Origin: Octopus sinensis
Lineage: Eukaryota
Direction of reading: 5' to 3'
Assembly (NCBI RefSeq): GCF_006345805.1
Contig: NC_043008.1
Coordinates: forward strand, 51,646,001 to 51,710,000
Length of the DNA stretch: 64,000 nt
Below the pieces are notes generated by a model that worked only from the letters and a program-made list of their open reading frames with translations, was not told the origin of the DNA and did no database searches. Of the stretch, positions 11,907-24,651 are shown one piece after another. Position numbers and translations under genes: made by a program. How positions within the stretch are numbered: the first letter of the stretch is position 1; every line of letters begins with the position of its first letter.

Positions 11907-12458
11907 TCATAGTCGTGGCCAATGCCAGTGCTGTGTGACTGGCACCCATTGTCGATGGTATGTAAAAAGCACCATTTGAGCATTGGGCCTCATGGGGGGG
12001 TAGTGACAGGTGACCAAGACCTTTGGTGATAGACCATGCTTATGAAGACCTGTCAAGTCAAGTGAGGCTGGGGTCATGGCTGATGCTGGTACCAGCTTAT
12101 TGGCACCCATGCCAATGGCACATGAAAGACACCTACTACATGCTTGGAGTGGTTGGCATTAGGAAAGCTTCCGGCCATAGAAACCTTGCCAAAGCAGATT
12201 GGAAACTGGTACAGCCCCCGACTTAGCAGTTTCCAGACAAACCCTGCAAACTGTGCCAGCATAGAAAGTAGATGTTAACGAGGTTGATGATGATAAGGAT
12301 GATATATATATAGGATTAGGAAAAGCCTCTGGCCATAGAAACCTTGCCACATAAGGTTGGAAACTGGTGCATCCCCCAATTTAGCAGTTTGCAGTCAAAC
12401 GCTGCAACCTGTGCCAGCATAGAAAGCAGATGTTAACGATGTTGATAATGATAATGAT
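11907..12458 (+). mobile_element. Diverged RTE-type 3' UTR with a tandemly duplicated terminus
   Basis: GTAAAAAGCACC unit, then two copies (about 12157-12303 and 12316-12458) of ATTAGGAAA..GGCCATAGAAACCTTGCC..GATGTTAACGA with a (GAT)-like tail. Confidence 0.7.
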
Positions 12459-12517
12459 ATATATATATATATAATATATATATATATATATTATATATAT
12501 GATATATATATATATAT

Positions 12518-13490
12518 TAGAGAAAAAACCCCACTATTATGCAATTCAAACGATGATAGACAAAAAAACAAATCATAAATAAAAAATAATAAAATATATT
12601 TTTGTAAAACATAACTAGATCACAAAAAGTATAAAAATGAATAATAAATATATAATAAGTAAAAAAACTACATATGTTTCATGGTTATAATTAAATTCGA
12701 ATTACAATTAAATTTAAATTTAATCCAAATCAATTCATTTAAAATTATAGTCACTCTTCAGGTTAATGATAATAGTGAAATAAATAAGTAAATAGAGTTA
12801 AACAATATTTATTAAAAGAATAAAATAATGATTTTTCTATAGAAGAAACTCCATTAACTAAATTTGAAACTTAAAACATTAGGATCAGTTGCCCACAATA
12901 CATTTATTATGCTAAAATTTAAGGTAAAAAATAGAGTAGATAGAAAATGTATTTATGTGAAGATATAATTTAGCTTAATAAAAAACATTAATATACTATA
13001 GAATATCTTTAACATACTTATACTCTAATATTTAATTACCAAACTATTTTACAAAACAATCACTCTTAATATTTTAAAATTTTAGTTCACATATAATAAT
13101 TATAAAATAATAAATATATAAAAATAAGTATCTAATGATAATCAAAAAATGTAGTAATTAAAAATCTATATTTTTTCTATCAATAAACACATAAACAATA
13201 AATATATTAGTCCACTATTACTTACATAAATATAGAAATCTTTCAAAAATATTTATGAAATAAAAAATAAGAATTGAAAAATTCCAAAGTAAATACGTAT
13301 AACTTATCTTTATAAAATACTTATTACTATTATTATTAAATGTAATAGTACTAGAAATATAATAAGACTAGAAATGTAATAAGAATTTTTTGTTAAATTA
13401 AAACATTTTTACGATCTAGATCCCAAAGTGATTAATGTTTTAAAATTTACGTTCAAATATAATAATTATAAGATAATAATATTTAAATAA
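12518..13490 (-). mobile_element. Very AT-rich Penelope-like pLTR/3' remnant
   Basis: Begins at a (TA)n tract, contains a minus-strand hammerhead and has no ORF. Confidence 0.5.
12666..12764 (-). ncRNA. Type I hammerhead ribozyme with extended AT-rich stem II
   Basis: AAC CTGAAGA GTGACTATAATT..AATTATAACCAT GAAAC ATAT GTA GTT, with palindromic stem III ACATATGT. Confidence 0.68.
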
Positions 13491-13502
13491 ATGTACATAT
13501 TT

Positions 13503-13920
13503 AGGCGCAGGAGTGGCAGTGTGGTAAGTAGCTTGCTAACCAACCACATGGTTCCGGGTTCAGTCCCGCTGCATGGCATCTTGGGCAAGTGTCTTCTGCT
13601 ATAGCCCCGGGCCGACCAATGCCTTGTGAGTGGATTTGGTAGACGGAAACTGAAAGAAGCCTGTCGTATATATGTATATATATGTATATATGTGTGTTTG
13701 TGTGTCTGTGTTTGTCCCCCTAGCATTGTTTGACAACCGATGCTGGTGTGTTTACGTCCCTGTCACTTAGCAGTTCGGCAAAAAGAGACCGATAGAATAA
13801 GTACTGGGCTTATAAAAAAAGAATAAGTCCCGGGGTCGAGTTGCTCGACTAAAAGGCGGTGCTCCAGCATGGCCGCAGTCAAATGACTGAAACAAGTAAA
13901 AGAGTAAAGAGTAAAGAGTA
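13503..13920 (+). mobile_element. tRNA-derived SINE family A, full-length young copy
   Basis: A-box-like TGGCAGTGTGG, B-box-like GGTTCAGTCCC, internal microsatellite and (AAAGAGT)n tail. Near-identical to the copies at 26683 and 44731. Confidence 0.9.
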
Positions 13921-14076
13921 ATATTTAAGTTATCATTAACAAATAAAAAAATTATAAATTCATATTTAACAATCAATACTTATATAGAGTACAATAATAT
14001 TTCTTAAATATATATATTTATTTTGATAAGCATATATTATGATATATATATATATATAATATATATATATATTATA

Positions 14077-14109
<33 letters not shown>

Positions 14110-14254
14110 GTGTGGGTAAAAGAATTTTCCATTCTTCCCAAGCATTAAAATCATGCACCTGCTTGTTGTTCCTATATCTGTCTGCATTCTTGTTTTTCTG
14201 TAAATTTGAACTGTATATATATGTATATTTATTTTATTAAAAAAATTTTTTTTA

Positions 14255-17200
14255 AATTTTATTTAGCTTCAGCTCACAAGCTGTGGCCATGCTGGGGCAC
14301 CGCCATTTGGTGTTGCTACATGATTTTACTTCACGAATGCTTTTTGGCAAATGCCATCTGGTGCATGAGAGAGTCCGATGCAGCTGCCCTCATCTGCACC
14401 TCCTGTCGTGAATTTGGTTCATCTGGGACACCTGACAAGAAGAGATCCAGTTTCATTTTAAAGGCATCTGCATCCACCCCATGCAGGTCTCTTAGGTTCT
14501 TCGGGCGGAATTTGAAGAGCTGTAGGCCTCGGAACCCTAGGCTATCACAGTATCTTGTCCTACATCTTGATGGTAAATTTGGAGGCCTTGGCCCTATGCA
14601 GTGGCGCCCAGTTCTGGCATTTGTGTAACTCTCGATGCCAAAGTTTGGGACAAGTCCTTCTAGGATCTTCCAGATGTATATTATGGCATATCTTTCTCGC
14701 CTACGCTCTAAGGAATAGAGTCTAAATCTCTTGAGTCTTTCCCAATAGCTTATATGCTGCACAGAGGCTATCTTCTTCGTGTAGCTTCGTTGGATCGCCT
14801 CAAGTTCTGTGATTAACTTGACACTGGATGGTGACCATAGCTGAGAGCAATAGTCAAAGTGGCTTAGGACAAGTGTCCTCCAGAGGACCATCATGGTTTC
14901 CTGGTTTCTTGTTCTAAAGGTTCTAAGAATCCATCTGGTCAGCCGCCTACATTTCATTGCCAATTTAGCAACATGCACATGAAAGGTTGCATCATCACTC
15001 ATGTAAATACCCTGATCTCACACTGATTGTGCCTCTGGGATTGCAATCCCTCCAGGTCCAGTGTATTTATTGGGTATTGCACTTAGTTTTGCATGCTGAT
15101 TGTATAAAGCTTGAAACTTTTCAGCATTGAACTGCATGCTATTCTTTTCAGCCCACTTGTATATTTTGTCCAGCTCACATTGCAGGTGCTTAGTGTCTTC
15201 AGGGTTCTGCATTGCCTGTGAAACTTTTGTATCATCTGCATAACTTGTGATCGTGGCTCTCTGCATGGCTGAGGGCATGTCTGAGAGGGCCATTATGAAC
15301 AGTAGTGGTCCCAGAACAGTGCCTTGCGGAACACCGCTCACTATTTGCGTGTTAATGGAAGTGGCCCTACCACCTGACTTCTATCCTTCAGAAAGTCATG
15401 AAGCCATTCTCCCAATTTTCCAACTATGCCAAGATCACGCAGTTTGTGACATATCATTCCATGATCGACTTTATCAAAGGCCTTTGCAAAGCCGAGATAT
15501 ATGACTTCCACATTTGAGTGGTTGAGCAGTCGTTTCAACACCCAGTCATAGTGTTGTAGGAGCTGAATTAAGCAGCTTCTGCCTGGTCGGAAACCATGTT
15601 GGGTGTCAGGCAGCAAGTCATTTTCTTCAAGGAAGGTGATTAGTTTCCTTCTGACTATTCGTTCCATGACCTTGCTGATGTGTGAGGTCAGAGAGATAGG
15701 TCTGTAGTTCTGGGCCTCCGCTCTGCTACCTCCTTTATGAATAGGGCATATTTTACCATCTTTCAGTTTTCTTGGAAGTTTGCCAGTTGCAAGAGAGAGG
15801 AACTGCAGTGGTCTTGCTAGGACTCTCTTACATACTTTTAGAAGGATTGCTGGGAATCCATCGGAGCCAGTAGCAGAGTTTGTTTTCATTTCATCAATAG
15901 CCTTTATTACATCGTCTTCCTTTATATTGATGTAATTAATCATCGCTGCCTCTGATTTTATATCTGCATTGGTAAAGAAGTCAGTTGGATTGCTGACTTG
16001 AAAATACCCTAGGGGTGGAGTGAAAATACTCTTGAATTGCTCATTTAGTATTCACTTACTCTCATTGATATTTCCTGTGAGTGTACCATCCTTTTCAAGG
16101 AGTGGCCCTATCCTACAGTGCACCGTAACTGTTTCTTTGGCATACCTGTGTACAGTGGCCTTTCTCTCTGGGACACATTTGTAGCATAGGGCTTGCATTA
16201 CAGACATGAATTGTTGAAGTTTCACGTCGATGTCTGGCGAGGATAGACATTCAGGCCAGTTTTGTTTGAGGATCTCTTTCTCAATTTGTTTCCAGTTTGC
16301 CTTATGGAAGTTCAAGCTGGAAAGATTCTGAGAGTTTCTTGTAGGCTGCATGTCCATGCTTTCCTTTGGCCCGTACATGGTCAGCTCTACCATGTTGTGA
16401 TTCGAGAGTAGTATCGGCGTCACTTTCACATTATGGATGAGATCCATATTATTTGTGAAGCAGAGATCCAGTATGTTACCTGCCCTAGTTGGTTGGAGTA
16501 TTACTTGCTCCATGTACAGAGTGTTGATGAGATTCAGGAAGGACATCGCCTGTCCTCGTTCACATTGTGTCATTCCTGGGAGAGAAAGGCCCTCGGGCCA
16601 TCTGACATTGGGTAGATTGAAGTCTCCCACAAGAAGTACACTTATGTGTTGTTCTAATGTGACTAGAACTTCTTCTATTATTATAAGGCAGTCTTCAAAC
16701 TTGCCTACATGGCTTGGAGCATCTGGAGGGCGATATGTAGCACATATAACTACACCAAGTTGCCTTATATGTACAATTAGTGTGTCACACACCGAATTTG
16801 AGTATGACAAAAGGACCTGGGGTGTGAGGTCCTCACGGATGTACATAGCAACTCCTCCATGACTCCTTTCTTTTCTGTCAGTCCGTAGTACAACATACTG
16901 TGGTATGTGTATTTCCGCATCTGCTATGTCCGGTTTCAGGTGTGTTTCCGTAAGTGCTATGCATAAGGCTTGATTGCATGCAACAAAGTCTCTCAAGACG
17001 GGATTTTTGTCCTATTACTGAGTGTTAGCAGTCCTCTGATGTTTAGTAGGAGCATCGAGGTGAGGTGTATACTGTTGCCGGCGGTGTCCACCTTGGGTCT
17101 ATTTGCTGTGGCAGTCTTGTGTATTGTGGATAGTCCCATCTGCGAGTTTGAGTTTGATCGAGCCAGGTTAGCTGCTGTACAATCTTTTGTGCCATGCACA

Positions 17201-17636
17201 AAAAAGATTCTCGTCGCAGCTGCTCCTTTCAATAACATGTTGGCGGTTTGTAGCATGCACCACATCTGCGTACCTCCGTTTTGGGGCAGGTGGTGCGTGG
17301 TCCATTTTTTCCTTCTGGTAGTTGGTTTCTGACCTGTTTCGTGTTATGTGGCAGGGTCTTTGATGTGCAAAATGGCAGCCTGCACCTTCCTCCATGCAGC
17401 AGACACCTTTCAGGTGGAATTTACACATTCGTGTGCACTGTCTGTTTCTATCCTTTTTGGTACATGGATAGTCAGGTTTGCTTCTATCCTTGGCTGTTTC
17501 ATCTTTTGTTTTTCTTTTAGTTTTTCCTCCTTTTATTTCTTTTTTGGCTCTTCATCTCCATGGTTTTGGCTTTGGCTTTGGTGCTGGTAGGAGCACTTGC
17601 ACTTGGGTTTACTTCCGGGCAGGTTTCTCACCTGAG
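14255..17636 (-). mobile_element. CR1/L2-group non-LTR retrotransposon (CCCH-finger ORF1 plus APE-RT ORF2), frameshifted and internally deleted
   Basis: ORF1 fragment CKFHLKGVC..GCHFAH. APE motifs ALTETHL, YRPP, VGDFNLP and GNILDL. RT motifs NYRPISLTS, QHGFRPGRSC, KAFDKVDH, SGVPQGTVLGPLLF and YADDTK. C-terminal LYSLERRRERY and an A-rich tail. Confidence 0.9.
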
Positions 17637-17729
17637 AATATATATATATACATATATATACATATATATATACATATATAATATATACATATATATATAT
17701 ACATATATATATAATAAATATATATATAC

Positions 17730-17764
<35 letters not shown>

Positions 17765-17845
17765 TGCCTATATATTTTATTTATATATATATAAAAATAT
17801 ATATACATATACATATAAATATATATATATAACATATGTATATAT

Positions 17846-17877
<32 letters not shown>

Positions 17878-18021
17878 CATATATATATATACATAATATA
17901 GATATACATACATATAACAATATATATATATATATATACATACATAGATACATATATATACATACATACATACATATATATACATACATACATACATTTA
18001 TACATACATACATACATATAT

Positions 18022-18056
<35 letters not shown>

Positions 18057-18068
18057 TTATATATTATA

Positions 18069-18101
<33 letters not shown>

Positions 18102-18230
18102 CTATACATACATACATATATATATACACATACAAATATATATATACATACATATATATATATACATACATATATATATATACATACATAATATATATAT
18201 ATATATATACATACATATATATATATATAC

Positions 18231-18269
<39 letters not shown>

Positions 18270-18288
18270 CATATATATATATATATAT
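17637..18288. repeat. Long compound (TA)n/(TACA)n microsatellite
   Basis: About 650 bp of nearly pure TA/CA repeats. Confidence 0.95.
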
Positions 18289-19675
18289 CATCATCATCGT
18301 TTAACGTCCGTTCTCCATGCTAGCATGGGTTGGACGGTTCGACCGGGGATCTGGGAAGCCAGAAGGCTGCACCAGGCTCCAGTCTTATCTGGCAGTGTTT
18401 CTACAGCTGGATGCCCTTCCTAACGCCAACCACTCCTTGAGTGTAGTGGGTGATTTTTACGTGCCACCTGCACAGGTGCCAGGCGAGGCTGGCAACGGCC
18501 ACGGTCGGATTGGTGTATTTTATGTGCCACCGGCACGGAAGCCAGACGAGGCGGAGCTGGCATCGGCCACGAGTCGGATAGTGCTTTTTACGCCACGAGT
18601 CGGATAGTGCTTTTTACGTACCACCAGACCAGGGATCCTGGCTGGTTCAATTCGATTTCGATTTCGATTTCGCTTGCCCCAACATGTCTTCGCAAGCAAG
18701 GAGGTTGGCATGTGTGCCTGTTGTACGGTCAGATTGGTGTATTTTACGTGCCACCGGCACGGAAACCAGTGGAGGTGGCGCTGGCATCGGCCACAAGTCG
18801 GATAGTGCTTTTTACGTACCACCAGACCAGGGATCCTGGCTGGTTCAATTCGATTTTGATTTCGCTTGCCCCAACATGTCTTCGCAAGCAAAGGGGGTTG
18901 GCATGGGTGCCTGTCGTCGGATGAGGTTCTATATCGACTTCGCTTGCCTCAACAGATCTTTGTATCCAAGGGAGGAAAGGCATTCATAAGTGGACTGGGC
19001 TCACTTGTCCTGCCTGGCCTTCTCACGTACAGAATATTTCCAAAGGTCTCGGTCGCTGGTCATTTCCTCAGTGAGGCCTAAAGTTCGAAGGTCGTGCTTC
19101 ACCATCTCGTCCCAGGTTTTCCTGGGTCTACCTCTTCCACGGGTTCCCTCAACTGCTAAGGATTGGCACTTTCTCACACACCTATCTTCATCCATTCTCG
19201 CCACATGACCATACCAGCGCAATCGTCTCTCTTGCACACCACAACTTACGCCTCTTAGGTACAACATTTCTCTCAAGGTGCTAACGCTCTGTCGAGTATG
19301 TACACTGATATTACACATCCATCGGAGCATACTGGTTTCATTCCTCACGAGCTTACGCATGTCCTCGGCAGTCACGGCCCATGTTTCACTGCCATGTAGC
19401 ATGGCTGTTCGTACACATGCATCATACAGTCTGCCTTTTACTCTGAGCGAGAGGCCTTTAGTCACCAGCAGAGGTAAGAGCTCCCTAAACTTTGCCCAGG
19501 CTATTCTTATTCTAGCAGTTACACTTTCAGCGCACCCACCCCCACTACTGACTTGGTCACCTAGATAACGGAAGCTATCAACTACTTCTAGTTTTTCCCC
19601 TTGGAAAGTGACGGAAGTTATTTTCTGCAGATTTTCGGAGGTTAATGCTCCTGAGCATCTGCCACATACAAAAAC
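18289..19675 (-). mobile_element. RTE LINE, 5'-truncated copy
   Basis: ORF 19001-19465 (KGRLYDACVRTAMLHGSETW..RLRWYGHV..RGRGRPRKTW), 3' UTR and (GAT)n tail. Highly similar to 8292-9560. Confidence 0.9.
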
Positions 19676-19697
19676 TTATATATATATATATATATAT

Positions 19698-19748
<51 letters not shown>

Positions 19749-19759
19749 CATATACATAC

Positions 19760-19804
<45 letters not shown>

Positions 19805-20107
19805 TATTTATAAAACTAACTTCTCCCCTTAGAAATAGATATCATTCTAACTGCCAGAAAGACACTCATCTCCTACGATGATTAACTTTGGTGCCAGGAT
19901 ACCCATAATAACTTCTAAGATATAACCATGGGCTCCTCCAACTCTACTCAGGTCACAGAGTTGTTTGAAGTATACCTTTTCCAACAACTTCGCATGTATT
20001 TCTCTAACTTTGGGAGCTGTTAGTATAGGAACAATGCATTGCTGGTTACTACGAAAATAAGTAAATCTGAATTAGAGAAAACTAAAAAAAACTCACATAA
20101 ATTCTTT

Positions 20108-20207
20108 NNNNNNNNNNNNNNNNNNNNNNNNNNNNNNNNNNNNNNNNNNNNNNNNNNNNNNNNNNNNNNNNNNNNNNNNNNNNNNNNNNNNNNNNNNNNN
20201 NNNNNNN
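20108..20207. other. Assembly gap
   Basis: Run of 100 N. Confidence 0.99.
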
Positions 20208-20646
20208 TTTGTCAATATTAAAGTCTTTATTAGATTAAAAATAATATTATCAAAACATGATGGTAAAGCAAAACAAATATGCTTTGTTTTCTTTCGGGCA
20301 CCAATGCAGCAGTAGTCTTTCACATTGTTCACCAACTGACCTTTCCTCTGAAAGAATCAGTGGAACCATTCGATCTCCATACACAAATTATTTTCCTCTT
20401 GAAACTTGTAAATAATATGCACATTCGGCACACCTTTCTGTTAGCCGCACACTAAATTTCCTGAGTAAAAAATAGCAGCTTATACACCGGAAAATATGGT
20501 AAATGTAGATAAGAAAGAAAGAAAAAAGAAAGAAAATAATTTTTGTCCGCAGAAGTGAATAGAAGGAGAAAAGAAGGATTAAGTTACATTAGATTTCAGA
20601 CAAAGGAATGGTACTAGAAAAAGGAAGAGGAAAGAAAATAAAAATA

Positions 20647-20705
<59 letters not shown>

Positions 20706-20719
20706 GTATATATATATAT

Positions 20720-20829
<110 letters not shown>

Positions 20830-21420
20830 CAGGCTAAAGTGTCTAGGGGGTGAAGGGCTGGTATACTTGCTAACATAGGTTGGGATGTATATAGGCATAT
20901 ATACACACATTCACACACACACACACACACCATACATACACCCACACAGAGGCGTCGGTGTCCCCTGCTCACTTGGCCAATTTCGACCATAGTTCCTACA
21001 GTCTATGGTGAGAAGATAACTACATCAAAAATCTATCGTCACAGTTGCTTTAGTATTCAGGCAGCTTGTAGACAATTTGATGCATTCTATACCCATATCA
21101 CTCAGGGTACATCCAACAATCGCAGATGAATGGACAAACACATTACACACATATCTACTTATATTCATATATGCGCATGCATACCTTCACACGTGTTCAT
21201 ACACCTATGCATATGCCAACAGTCTCACATATAAGCGCATATACATACACACATGCATGCATACACATATTTATATATACACACACATACACTAATACAC
21301 ATGTACGTAAATGTATACATATATATATACACACAAACACACATACATAGATATATGCACACATACACATACACACACTCACACACACACATACGTATAT
21401 ACATATATATATATACAAAT

Positions 21421-22370
21421 CTCTTCAGGTTGATGGCCCTGCTCGATCTGTGGAAAAGGTGTATGTAGAAACTCCATAAGGTGTACCCAGTGTAAGCAAT
21501 GGACTCATAAGAGGTGCAGCAATATCAAAGGAAGGCTACCTGGGAAGATAGTTTTTGTATGTGGCAAATGCTCAGGAGCAATAAACACTGAAAATGTGCA
21601 GAAAACAGCCTCCATCACATTTCAGTGGGGTAAACTAGAAGTAGTTGATAGCTTCTGTTACCTAGGTGACCAAGTCAGTAGAGTGGGGTGGATGCTCTGA
21701 AAGTGTTGCTGCTAGAATAAGAATAGCCTGGGCTAAGTTCAGAGAGCTCCTACCCCTGCTGGTGACAAAGGGCCTCTTGTCCAGAGTAAAAGGTAAACTG
21801 TATGACGCATGTATGCGAACAGCCAAGCTACACAGCAGTGAAATATGGGCCATGGCTGCTGAGGACATGCGTAAGATTGCAAGGAATGAAGCCAGTATGC
21901 TCCATTGGATGTGTAATATCAGTGTGCATACATGACAGAGTGCAAGTGCCCTGAGAGAAAAGTTGGACTTAAGAAGCATCAGATGTGGTTTGCAAGAGAG
22001 ACAACTGCACTAGTATGGTCACGTGTTGCGAATGGATGAGGACAGCTGTGCGAAAAAGTGTCACACCCTAGCAGTAGAGGGAACTTGTGGAAGAGATAGA
22101 CCCAGGAAGACCTGGGATGAGGTGGTGAAGCAATGCCTTCGAATATTAGGCCTCACCGAGGTAATGACAAGGGACTGAGACTTTTGGAGATATGCCATAC
22201 TTGAGAAGATCCAGCAAGCCAAGTGAGACTGTAACTGTGGTCTATGCCAGTGCAGCATAACCAACCCATTTAAGAGTACCCTTCAATCATTGGGCAATAA
22301 ACTGCTCTTGCGAAGACCTGTTGAGGCAAGTGAAATTATTGTCGTGGCCAATGACAGTACTACCTGATTG
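21421..22370 (+). mobile_element. RTE LINE fragment (Cys/His finger, C-terminus, partial UTR)
   Basis: WPCSICGKGV..CTQCKQWTHKRCS and ARIRIAWAKFRELLPLL. Confidence 0.85.
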
Positions 22371-22902
22371 GAAGGTAGTTAATAGTGAAGAGTTCTATTG
22401 GTGCCAACATGCTAAAAATAACAGTTTTTTCTCGCATAGAAGACACATCTCCATTTAGATACCTTTGATAAAAAAAAAAAAACATCCAGTTGTAGAAAAT
22501 CCACCTCAACAGATTCTGTCTAACCCATGCAAACATGGAAGGTGGACATTAAATGAGCCATTGACAGAAGGGTATTGATTTGTTGGTTATTGCTAATGAG
22601 TAGGAAGGCCTTTGGTTGTAGAATCGTCTAAATTTCTTATGTCAGTCTCCTATTTCAACTCCATTCACATCAAGATTACATTATGTGAATAGAAATCGAC
22701 CACAAAATATTACTTTTACAGGTAAAACACCAATTTTCCAGACATTGATGGTTCAAAACATCCTATGATCCACACTAATTTACAAGCAGGGACTTCAAAT
22801 TCCTTTGGTCACCGGATTAGTTTACTAGTACTTTGCACAGACTAATACTTTGCGCAGTATAGCATTAATGGACTTGTATAATTTATGCAAATGTACAGAT
22901 AC

Positions 22903-23312
22903 ATCATCATCATCATCATCATCATCATCATTTAGTGTCCGCTTTCCATGCTAGCATGGGTTGGGCAGTTCAACTGGGGTCTGGGAAGCCAGAAGGCTGC
23001 ATCAGGCCCAGTCTGATCTGGCAGTGTTTCTACAGCTGGATGCCCTTCCTAACGCCAACCACTTTGTGAGTGTAGTGGGTGCTTTTTACGTGCCACCCGC
23101 ACAGGTGCCAGACGGAGCTGGAAAACGGCCCAGGACGGATGGTGCTTTTTACGTGCCACCGGCATAGGGCCAGGCCAGGCTGGCAACAGCCATGAACGGG
23201 TGGTGCTTTTTACGTGCCACTGGCATGGGGCCAGGCCAGGCTGGCAACAGCCACGAATGGGTGGTGCTTTTTACGTGCCACCGGCACGAGGCCAGTCGGG
23301 GCGGCACTGGCA
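22903..23312 (-). mobile_element. RTE LINE 3' UTR fragment
   Basis: (CAT)n tail and four GGTGCTTTTTACGTGCCAC units. Confidence 0.85.
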
Positions 23313-24274
23313 CTGTATTTCATTTAATTATTTATGTTAAATTCATATTTGTTTAATTTGGAGTTTGATAACCATAGTGGCCACCCCTAGTTTAGAAAAA
23401 TCAGTAACCATGAAAGGTTTTGAAAGCAAAGGCTCCAGAAAAATCGAAATTGTATTTGTACTTTATTTTTTTCAATGCCTGGAATGATGAAAAGTAAAGT
23501 TTACCTCGGTAGGATTTGAACTCAAAATGGGAGGAGCTGTAACTAAATGCTGTAAGGTATTTCGTCTAATACACTAACAGTTCAGCCAAACACTGCCAAA
23601 TAGGATGTTGGTAAAGTGACACCAACGACAACAGATGAAGCAATGCTATGAAAACACAAGTATTATTCAGTGTGTGTGTGTGTTGTTGTATAAGTGTGCA
23701 AGTATGTGATATGAATGTGAGTATCGTACAGATTATGTTTACATTGTGTCTGTGTGTAGATAATGTATGTGTATGAGTAAGAGAGAAAGAGTGGAATAGA
23801 TAGAGAGAAAGAAAAGAGAAAGAGAGAGAAAGAGAGAAAGAAAGAAAGAGGTAATCAAAAAGATACAAAGTAAGTGAAGTACTTTATGATCTATTATACA
23901 CTTTAAAACGTGTCTTAATGAATATATTGTAGTGCATGCATGTATATCATATTGCACGATTGACATATATGTCAACTATTGTGGCTTCATGTATTTCCAT
24001 GTACACACACACACACATGTATATGCATGTATATTTGCGTGTATGTGTGTGTGTGTGTATATCTTTCTTATCATCATCATCATTTTAACATCATGTTTTC
24101 CATGCTTGCATGGGGTGGTCAGATTTTCTATGGCTAGATAGCCTTTAAACATATATGTGTGTGTACTATACATGTATGTATATGTGTATATATATATGTG
24201 TGTATATATATATATGTGTGTGTGTGTGTATATATATATGTGTGTATAATATATATATATGTGTGTATAATAGC

Positions 24275-24651
24275 AGGCAAATTACAATTTTCTCAAAAAA
24301 GCCAAGTGAAAATAATGTTTTCTTTTGACTCATTCTACCAGTATACGAAGTTTCAAATTGTTTAGTTAACTAGAAATTGTGTTGAATTCCGTCCATCAAA
24401 AGGAAAAGACCCAATTGTTGTTGACAAACTTCGGCAGATATTGATTTCACCTCAATAGACGTCATTGATTGGTTGAAATTGCTGAAAATTAAGAAATTAA
24501 AGAGGAAATAGCTTACAAACTACAGAATTTTCTCAAGAAAGCCAAGAGAAAAAGATGTTTTATAAACACATTCTACCAGTATACGAAGTTTAAAAGTGTT
24601 TAGTTACAAAGAAATTATTTTAAAAATCTGCCGGTCAAAGCGAAAAGATCC
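24275..24651. repeat. Unclassified repeat with internal direct repeats, abutting the Tc1 left TIR
   Basis: AAAGCCAAG..CATTCTACCAGTATACGAAGTTT..GTTTAGTTA..GAAAAGA occurs twice (about 24298-24410 and 24538-24650). Confidence 0.55.

Noticed and set aside
13503-13580. tRNA gene
   Set aside because: A- and B-box-like motifs are present, but there is no full cloverleaf and the sequence continues into a SINE body.
17533-18297. Many ORFs of 60-170 aa rich in Y/I/C/V/H/T here and throughout the window
   Set aside because: They are translations of (TA)n, (CA)n and (TACA)n microsatellites, not genes.
20208-20501. Possible pogo/Tc2-like terminus (minus strand TACCATATTTTCCGGTGTATAAG) next to the gap
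   Set aside because: Only one end is visible, there is no clear transposase motif, and the gap truncates it.
22622-22860. Short open frame (..SPISTPFTSRLHYVNRNRPQNITFTG) with a plus-strand donor-like site
   Set aside because: It is on the opposite strand to the candidate gene and has no partner exons. It may be a decayed DNA-transposon fragment, which cannot be resolved by eye.
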